Shown here one piece after another: positions 1 to 4,202 of a stretch of DNA of 4,202 bases. Every line of letters begins with the position of its first letter. Within the stretch, counting starts at the first letter, position 1. The DNA lies in IMG/VR virus record IMGVR_UViG_2541047432_000013, positions 1 to 4,202 of that record; one strand, written 5' to 3'. The position numbers and the translations under genes were made by a program. Origin of the DNA: a virus (Duplodnaviria; Heunggongvirae; Uroviricota; Caudoviricetes). The notes below the pieces were generated by a model that saw only the letters and a program-made list of their open reading frames with translations, searched no databases and had not been told where the DNA came from.

Positions 1-116
1 GTCTGGCCGGTTCGGATTCGTACCTCGCAGAGGTCTTTCCTCGTTACCAGTGCCGTCACTATGACGGTTAAACAGATGACGATCAGGGCGATTAACATCG
101 CCTTTTGCTGCTTCAT
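1..116 (-). CDS. hokD: Hok/Gef-family type I toxin (small membrane-depolarising peptide); N-terminal 38 codons present, 3' end runs off the window start
   Basis: Minus-strand ATG at 116-114 translates to MKQQKAMLIALIVICLTVIVTALVTRKDLCEVRIRTGQT..., the Hok/Gef signature (hydrophobic TM segment then conserved RKDLCE). It matches HokD/RelF as I recall it; family call is firm, paralog call is from memory. AGGAG lies 9-10 nt upstream of the ATG. Confidence 0.85.
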   Translation of the reverse strand, partial: MKQQKAMLIALIVICLTVIVTALVTRKDLCEVRIRTGQ

Positions 117-173
117 AGCCTGCTTCTCCTTGCCTTTCGGCACGTAAGAGGCTAACCTACATGTGTTCAGCAT
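1..173 (-). CDS. mok-like overlapping regulatory ORF (in-frame 19-codon N-terminal extension of hok), partial
   Basis: In-frame upstream ATG at 173-171 gives MLNTCRLASYVPKGKEKQA before the Hok Met. The MLNTCR start resembles chromosomal Mok proteins (MokC, from memory). GAGG lies 8 nt upstream. No alternative-frame ORF with a start codon overlaps hok. Confidence 0.5.
   Translation of the reverse strand, partial: MLNTCRLASYVPKGKEKQAMKQQKAMLIALIVICLTVIVTALVTRKDLCEVRIRTGQ
130..158 (+). promoter_or_regulatory. Candidate sigma70 promoter for a Sok-like antisense RNA
   Basis: TTGCCT (130-135), 17-bp spacer, TAACCT (153-158) on the plus strand, antisense to the mok translation initiation region. 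The -10 is weak; this is a prediction only. Confidence 0.3.
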
Positions 174-243
174 GGATTGAGCCTCAGATTAATGTTAAGC
201 GTCTTGCAGGACGCGTAATGTTAACTGGGGCTTTTCTCTATCT
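165..243 (+). ncRNA. Predicted Sok-like antisense RNA covering the mok SD and start codon, ending in a terminator-like structure
   Basis: Plus-strand region complementary to the mok SD and ATG. Outer stem GCCTCAG (181-187) pairs with CTGGGGC (225-231) including one G-U pair; inner stem GCGTC/GACGC (199-214); then T-rich tract TTTTCTCTATCT (232-243). Ends are approximate. Confidence 0.3.
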
Positions 244-291
244 GCCGTTGGTGTTCATGCCCGAGGCAGATAGCCTCAAGCACCCGCAGCA

Positions 292-319
292 ATTCTACTT
301 AACTATCCTTTTCCCGCAA
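292..319 (-). promoter_or_regulatory. Candidate promoter for the hok/mok mRNA
   Basis: Minus-strand TTGCGG (319-314), 16-bp spacer, TAGAAT (297-292), about 110 nt upstream of the mok start, consistent with the long leader of hok mRNAs. Prediction only. Confidence 0.3.
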
Positions 320-406
320 ACCGTTTTTATCCCCAGCGGCAAATCGAATACACCACCAGCGCCACCGCCATCGCAATTCCTACCGTTGTGAATGCTTCAG
401 GCCAGG

Positions 407-964
407 TCATTGATTCACCTCCTGCGGCGGTTCTGGTAGCGACATCCAGTGGGTTGCTTGCCTAAGATCATTACCCGGACTAACTGCTATACCTCCGCGC
501 CGGAACGTGCCTCCGAGATAGCGTGCGGAATATATTAATGGCCCAGCCTCGCTATCGATATTCATCGAAATAAGCACGTTCTGGCTCTTTTCAGGCATTC
601 GCTCAGTACAGCTTATCCAGCCATCCAGAGTTATCGGAGATCTGGTTGACGTTTCCGAGATTTCCCGAAAATTGTTGGTTGACGAATTCTTATTTTCCCG
701 AAAGTTTCCGGCCTGAAGCATGGCGACGCGGCAGGCGTTCCAGCCATCAGCATATGTTTTAGTTACACCGTCGAGATGGCAGGTAAGCAAATCCATTTCA
801 TCAGGCACTACCATTGCTATCGGCTCTGCTTCCAGTGATGCCAGCGCGATACGAAACACATTAGCCAGCAGGCTGTCTGAAGACTTGTTATCGTGCGCCG
901 AGTCGCTCAGGAAGCCTGTGATGTATGATTTAATCTCCGCGCGTTCTCTGGTAATAGTGCTCAT
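407..964 (-). CDS. Phage protein with C-terminal DUF551-type domain (function unknown) and a distinct N-terminal region
   Basis: 185-aa ORF, ATG at 964 with AAGGA 8 nt upstream. C-terminus DGWISCTERMPEK...ATHWMSLPEPPQ matches the DUF551 hallmark (THWMPLPEPP) as I recall it. Its start lies 1 nt after the stop of the upstream ORF (TGATATG). Confidence 0.75.
   Translation of the reverse strand: MSTITRERAEIKSYITGFLSDSAHDNKSSDSLLANVFRIALASLEAEPIAMVVPDEMDLLTCHLDGVTKTYADGWNACRVAMLQAGNFRENKNSSTNNFREISETSTRSPITLDGWISCTERMPEKSQNVLISMNIDSEAGPLIYSARYLGGTFRRGGIAVSPGNDLRQATHWMSLPEPPQEVNQ
644..709. repeat. Imperfect 33-bp tandem duplication inside the DUF551 gene, encoding an 11-aa tandem linker repeat
   Basis: Unit 1 (644-676) GGTTGACGTTTCCGAGATTTCCCGAAAATTGTT and unit 2 (677-709) GGTTGACGAATTCTTATTTTCCCGAAAGTTTCC. 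They encode NFRENKNSSTN / NFREISETSTR on the minus strand. Near-palindromic TTTCCCGAAA cores. Confidence 0.7.
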
Positions 965-965
965 A

Positions 966-1184
966 TCAGTTTTCCTTATACGGATTAATTTTATTGTGCA
1001 GTGCGCTGAATGATTCCCATGTCACATCGGTATATAGCTCAATAACTGGTTCAAATGTCCTTCCAATTATCCAGACCAGTAATAGCGGGGATATCGGTAT
1101 CATCAACACTATAAACAGAATGAAAAACAGAAACTCTGTTGTTCTGCTCTTTCGTGGGTAATTTTTTTCTAAATAATGTTTCAT
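966..1184 (-). CDS. Small single-pass membrane protein (72 aa), AT-rich moron-like gene
   Basis: ATG at 1184. One predicted TM helix (FLFFILFIVLMIPISPLLLVWIIG) after a basic N-terminus (KNYPRKSR). About 35% GC by hand count versus roughly 55-60% in the replication genes. Confidence 0.6.
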   Translation of the reverse strand: MKHYLEKNYPRKSRTTEFLFFILFIVLMIPISPLLLVWIIGRTFEPVIELYTDVTWESFSALHNKINPYKEN

Positions 1185-1212
1185 TTCTTACCGCCCTTTC
1201 GGGCGGCCTCCT
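1185..1212 (-). promoter_or_regulatory. SD - GC hairpin - start codon arrangement upstream of the membrane-protein gene
   Basis: Minus strand reads AGGAGG-CCGCCC-GAAA-GGGCGG-TAAGAA-ATG: a perfect 6-bp GC stem with GAAA tetraloop sits between a consensus SD and the ATG. Linear spacing is 22 nt, about 6 nt if the hairpin folds. Confidence 0.45.
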
Positions 1213-1311
1213 GATGTTCTGAGGGTGCAGGAATCCCTCCGGTTAAGGATTTAATAAAAATCGTTTCTGATTTAAATCTTCAGTATTTAGTTGTTAGTTG
1301 GTTTATCGCCT

Positions 1312-1623
1312 TTATGCTTCAGCCTTATTTCGCAACCAGACACAAACCGGGCCATCTTCCGTATCATGAATGGAACCAATAAACCAGCCATCGCCCTCTG
1401 GTCGTTCCGGTTCCCATGCAGAAATATCAGCATCACACGCATCAAGGTCAGCACATCCTTCATCTCTGAAGCAGAGGACGTATTGAAGATTATTTTCCTC
1501 CATCCAGGCGTTAAACTCTTCCGTTGAAATATATTCCCGACCATCACAGAATTTTTCATATTCAGGATGCGTCCAGCAGCCATATTCATTACGTTCCACT
1601 GGCATTTCTTTAATTACGCTCAT
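1312..1623 (-). CDS. Highly acidic small phage protein (103 aa), function unknown
   Basis: ATG at 1623 with GGGGG 3 nt upstream. ATGA overlap with the stop of the upstream ORF. 16 Glu + 9 Asp versus 8 Lys/Arg (hand count), 5 Trp, 6 Cys. Confidence 0.7.
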   Translation of the reverse strand: MSVIKEMPVERNEYGCWTHPEYEKFCDGREYISTEEFNAWMEENNLQYVLCFRDEGCADLDACDADISAWEPERPEGDGWFIGSIHDTEDGPVCVWLRNKAEA

Positions 1624-1808
1624 TTACCCCCCTTATTTAATTTTCTACGACACTTTTTACAATCATCTGGACTTTCGAATGTATCCGGCTCACGCTCATT
1701 GCCAAAATACATCCACCCACCGCAAATACTTGTTATTTCACCTTCAGCAAAATAATGATGTTTTTTCGCCATAAGTGGCCTTGCCCAGCCCGGATTCGTT
1801 TTACTCAC
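1620..1808 (-). CDS. Small Cys/His-containing protein (62 aa), possible zinc ribbon, function unknown
   Basis: GTG start at 1808 preceded by AAGGAGG with a 6-nt spacer. GTGA overlap with the upstream stop. HH at residues 17-18, Cys29 and C50-x-x-C53, basic C-terminal tail. Confidence 0.6.
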   Translation of the reverse strand: MSKTNPGWARPLMAKKHHYFAEGEITSICGGWMYFGNEREPDTFESPDDCKKCRRKLNKGGK

Positions 1809-2161
1809 TTGTTGCCTCCTTTGCGAAGCTCTGCGACTAACTCGTCACATATGTGCGTCAAAGAGCAAAGTTTGATTGCTGGATGTTCGCGCACCATCTC
1901 CACACCCTGCGCCCGCAATTCTGCCAGAAAAGCGTAGGGGTCAGTTTTTTCACTGTGGTACATGGCATCATAGATAATCATTGCAGCGACACCTGCCTGT
2001 CCTGCATCTGTGACGGATATATGCTCAAGGGCTACGGCCATTGCGTGTTTCAACCTCTCATTTTCCACCTCAAGCACCACACGATTAGCCTCCAGCTCTT
2101 CTATGCGTTTTTTTGCTGCTCCCAGCTCAACACGCAGCTCCTGATAGTTAATCTCGCTCAT
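1805..2161 (-). CDS. Coiled-coil phage protein, possibly ead/Ea22-like family
   Basis: ATG at 2161 preceded by GGAGGAAGGAGA. ATGA overlap with the upstream stop. N-terminal heptad-like segment (ELRVELGAAKKRIEELEANRVVLEVENERLKH) then a globular C-terminus. Family resemblance is from memory and weak. Confidence 0.65.
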   Translation of the reverse strand: MSEINYQELRVELGAAKKRIEELEANRVVLEVENERLKHAMAVALEHISVTDAGQAGVAAMIIYDAMYHSEKTDPYAFLAELRAQGVEMVREHPAIKLCSLTHICDELVAELRKGGNK

Positions 2162-2382
2162 TCTCCTTCCTCCCGCACTGCTGTTTTATATGCCCGAAGC
2201 ACATGCGATGTTTTTCCTGACACAGTGCTTCTCAGAAAGAAAATTCCACTGGTGTTTATTACCAGATACGGGTCAGCAAGACGCAGCATATCCAGTATGT
2301 GATTATGTTTTCTTGTTTCCAGCACCGTACTTGAAATAAGCATATGTGACACGGGGCCGAAATCATGATATCTGATTTTCAT
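2158..2382 (-). CDS. Small hypothetical phage protein (74 aa)
   Basis: ATG at 2382, 21 nt after the stop of the winged-helix gene; weak SD (GGGTGA). Its stop overlaps the next start (ATGA). Supported mainly by operon context. Confidence 0.5.
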   Translation of the reverse strand: MKIRYHDFGPVSHMLISSTVLETRKHNHILDMLRLADPYLVINTSGIFFLRSTVSGKTSHVLRAYKTAVREEGE

Positions 2383-2403
2383 ATCATCACCCTGCTGTAA
2401 AAA

Positions 2404-3114
2404 TTACCCGTTATCTCCTGTCGTTATTTTCTGTATGACATCACGATGCTTATTAATTTCCCGCAGCGCGGCGCATAAGCGCTCCCACTTCTGAACCTGA
2501 CCTTTTGCCCGGCGCAGCTCGCGGTTAGCCACATGCAGCGATGGTAAAATCAGACCATCCGGATGCTTTCTGATGAACGACGACTGTGACTGCACTGTGA
2601 CCGCCACACTTTCAGTTTTAATTTCTTCCTGTGTTTCCGCTTCCCGGACTGGTAACGCAACACCTGCCGGCTGAGGAAAGGCTTTACCATCGGTTTCCGT
2701 TACCGATGCAGCTTTCGGCTCTGCCGGTAAATTATCGCCCGGTATGCAGTAACGATATTTACCGTCCTGATTTACGCGAATCAGACGACCTTTGCTGACA
2801 GCCATCGCCAGTGATGAATTCGCCCGGCGGGAGGTAATCCCGAACATTAACGCCAGTTCGTCCGCCGTTTGTGGGCCATGATGTTCAATCGCCTCAGTCA
2901 GCATTTGCGCTGTCACTTTCGGTACCGGTGACACTGGTTCACTTTCACCAGTCTGAGTCAGCCACCACATCGACCCCTTGTTATCCGCTTCACCACGGCG
3001 CTTCAGTTTCCACAGTTCGTTGACAGCATCTTCGCGGCTGATTCCAAGGCGCGATGCCACTACCTGTGAAGAGGCTTTTTTCAGTGCTTTCAGTGCGTCA
3101 AATACGGTTTCCAT
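2404..3114 (-). CDS. Phage protein with two tandem winged-helix-like (MarR-like) units and a C-terminal coiled-coil; possibly DUF1627-type
   Basis: True start is taken as ATG 3114 (GGAGG 8 nt upstream), not the in-frame TTG at 3132 used by the ORF track. Two similar units: ...[29 protein letters not shown]... and ...[32 protein letters not shown].... Occupies the position of ren in lambda. Confidence 0.75.
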   Translation of the reverse strand: METVFDALKALKKASSQVVASRLGISREDAVNELWKLKRRGEADNKGSMWWLTQTGESEPVSPVPKVTAQMLTEAIEHHGPQTADELALMFGITSRRANSSLAMAVSKGRLIRVNQDGKYRYCIPGDNLPAEPKAASVTETDGKAFPQPAGVALPVREAETQEEIKTESVAVTVQSQSSFIRKHPDGLILPSLHVANRELRRAKGQVQKWERLCAALREINKHRDVIQKITTGDNG

Positions 3115-3147
3115 TAATATTTCCTCCGACAAAATCGTTTCTCAGAT

Positions 3148-3810
3148 TCAAATAAAACCAGCTGCCTTCCGGCGTTCGTATTCCTGTTTCAGCCGTTCAA
3201 TTGGCGTTGGCCCTTGCGGGTGTTTCGCCCCTTCCAGTTGTCGTCGCACTGGCGGAACACTCATCCCGTTACCAACATGCTTTGCCCATTTCGTCAGTTG
3301 CCGTTCCGCAAGTCGTTTTAACTCACCTTGCGTCATCTGGCGCTCAATCCCTCTGGTACGCATTTCGAGGCAGATGTGGTACAGCACAGGCTGTGGCCAC
3401 GGGTATTTATCACTCCCGTCGTATCGCCAGGATTCATTGCGCCAGCGCCGGTACTCTTCCATCACGGCATCCACCGTAAGACCAAATGGATTTGCCCCAC
3501 TCTCCGAAATCAGCGCAACAAACTCAGCCAGGTCCGGGGGCCACGTTTCACCCGCCCGGCAGCGGTCCATGCACTGACGGCACACCAGACGGATTTGCTG
3601 TTCAGTCATCGCACCAATCTGGGCAATCCAGAGCTTCGAAGGTGCGGCCCCGTTCTTCTGAGTCCAGCGGTTCGAATACACCTCCCCCATGAGCTCCCAC
3701 AGCTTCCAGGCCGTTTCCGTTGCTGATAAATCCGTTGTCACGTTCCCACTGTTCGCGTGCAGCCCGGATTTCCTGAACTGCCCGTGATGCCGTGCCACCT
3801 GATGCTGCAT
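3148..3810 (-). CDS. Lambda P-like replication protein (replicative helicase loader); start codon uncertain
   Basis: Resembles lambda P as I recall it: TWPPDLAEFVALI versus PFLPSPGQFVAWC, and YPWPQPVLYHICLEMRTRGIERQMTQGELKRLAERQL versus YPWKSNAHYWLVTNLYQNMRANALTDAELRRKAADEL. ATG 3810 has a G-rich SD; alternative ATG at 3690 has GGGAG 3 nt upstream. Confidence 0.8.
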   Translation of the reverse strand: MQHQVARHHGQFRKSGLHANSGNVTTDLSATETAWKLWELMGEVYSNRWTQKNGAAPSKLWIAQIGAMTEQQIRLVCRQCMDRCRAGETWPPDLAEFVALISESGANPFGLTVDAVMEEYRRWRNESWRYDGSDKYPWPQPVLYHICLEMRTRGIERQMTQGELKRLAERQLTKWAKHVGNGMSVPPVRRQLEGAKHPQGPTPIERLKQEYERRKAAGFI

Positions 3811-4195
3811 GGCTTCCCCCCTTGCTGACTGGTTTTACCTGTGCCCTGACGTGCTGCACGTGGCGGGCAAATTTCTGCTCCCACTGAACCTGCGTGAAAA
3901 CCTTCCCCTCCGCCATCCAGTAATCCCGGAATGCGGCAAGCTCAGCAGGTGTAAATTCCGGCTCAGGCAGAGCCATACCCCACACTGCTGCCCGTTGTCG
4001 AAAATCCGGCGACGGCTGCCAGACAGTAGTCATCGAAAATTTCCCGATCGGTTCGCTCAGGCCGTCCAGGTATTCAGGTTCGGCTGTCTGCAACGGCGCG
4101 TCATTCGACTCACTGGTCGTAGTACTCTCGCGCGCGTTATGTGTGGGGTTTAATTCTTTATCTGTATCTGTATCTGTCGTGATTTGTCGTGACAT
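3602..4195 (-). CDS. DnaT-domain replication-initiator-like protein (phi80/Gifsy-type replication protein); 5' end may extend beyond the window
   Basis: GKFSMTTVWQPSPDFRQRAAVWGMALPEPEFTPAELAAFRDYWMAEGKVFTQVQWEQKFARHV matches the E. coli DnaT C-terminal domain ([29 protein letters not shown]...[23 protein letters not shown], recalled). Frame is open from ATG 4195 to the window end, so the true start cannot be fixed. Confidence 0.8.
   Translation of the reverse strand: MSRQITTDTDTDKELNPTHNARESTTTSESNDAPLQTAEPEYLDGLSEPIGKFSMTTVWQPSPDFRQRAAVWGMALPEPEFTPAELAAFRDYWMAEGKVFTQVQWEQKFARHVQHVRAQVKPVSKGGSHAASGGTASRAVQEIRAAREQWERDNGFISNGNGLEAVGAHGGGVFEPLDSEERGRTFEALDCPDWCDD
4160..4192. repeat. Short tandem repeats at the 5' end of the DnaT-like ORF
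   Basis: ATCTGT x3 (4160-4177) followed by GTCGTGA x2 at 10-bp spacing (4176-4182, 4186-4192). Encodes (TD)3 on the minus strand. Confidence 0.6.
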
Positions 4196-4202
4196 ATGCG
4201 TG

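Noticed and set aside
351-374. CCA/CCG-rich tract (caccaccagcgccaccgccatcgc) as a possible simple-sequence repeat or terminator
   Set aside because: It has no clear periodicity, no stem-loop and no following U-tract; it looks like ordinary intergenic sequence.
161-391. Plus-strand 76-aa ORF with an AGAGG 9 nt upstream of its ATG
   Set aside because: It lies antisense to the hok/mok leader where a non-coding Sok-like RNA is expected, the ATG is upstream of the predicted antisense transcription start, and the product is Pro-rich and low-complexity. It cannot be fully excluded without expression data.
646-684. TTGACG (-35-like) hexamers on the plus strand inside the 33-bp repeat as promoters
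   Set aside because: No acceptable -10 element lies 16-18 bp downstream of either copy, and there is no plus-strand gene to drive.
1191-1206. CCGCCC-TTTC-GGGCGG hairpin as a Rho-independent terminator
   Set aside because: No U-tract follows it on either strand; on the minus strand it is followed by TAAGAAATG, the start of the next gene. A translational-control role fits better.
1770-1772. Internal ATG (Met13) as start of the 62-aa ORF
   Set aside because: Only a weak AAGG lies upstream, whereas the GTG at 1808 has a perfect AAGGAGG at 6-nt spacing and a GTGA overlap with the preceding stop.
3115-3132. TTG start at 3132 for the winged-helix gene, as implied by the ORF track (MSEEIL...)
   Set aside because: The GGAGG at 3127-3123 would fall inside the coding sequence; it is correctly spaced (8 nt) for the ATG at 3114, which I take as the real start.
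3607-3609. ATG at 3609 (Met68) as the P-like start, which would give a tidy 8-nt overlap with the DnaT-like stop
   Set aside because: There is no convincing SD upstream, and the resemblance to lambda P appears to begin well upstream of this Met.
720-4153. Plus-strand ORFs from the six-frame track (720..1013, 1291..1527, 1567..1755, 1755..1937, 1853..2302, 2978..3577, 3201..3479, 3328..3726, 3486..3692, 3809..4153)
   Set aside because: All lie antisense to minus-strand genes that have good SDs, coupled stop/start junctions and recognisable products. Their translations are Ser/Arg/Cys/His-rich and low-complexity, typical of shadow ORFs.
1-4202. CRISPR arrays, IS elements or other transposons, tRNA or rRNA genes
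   Set aside because: There are no regularly spaced direct repeats, no terminal inverted repeats with a transposase ORF, and no segment with tRNA-like or rRNA-like structure.

Overview
This 4.2-kb window reads as part of a lambdoid prophage in an enterobacterial (E. coli-like) genome, with every credible gene on the minus strand. In transcription order (high to low coordinates) it holds a DnaT-domain replication-initiator-like gene whose 5' end is at or beyond the window edge, a lambda P-like helicase-loader gene, and a tightly packed cassette of seven small accessory ORFs. These are a tandem winged-helix protein, a 74-aa protein, a coiled-coil Ea22-like protein, a 62-aa Cys/His protein, a 103-aa highly acidic protein, a 72-aa AT-rich single-pass membrane protein and a DUF551-type protein. 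The window start carries the 5' part of a hok/mok/sok-type type I toxin-antitoxin locus that runs off the edge. I see no rRNA, tRNA, CRISPR array or IS element. The most interesting material is the uncharacterised accessory cassette and the apparently intact hok regulatory region. Family assignments rest on motif recognition and recalled sequences, not on any database search; nothing here is experimentally supported.
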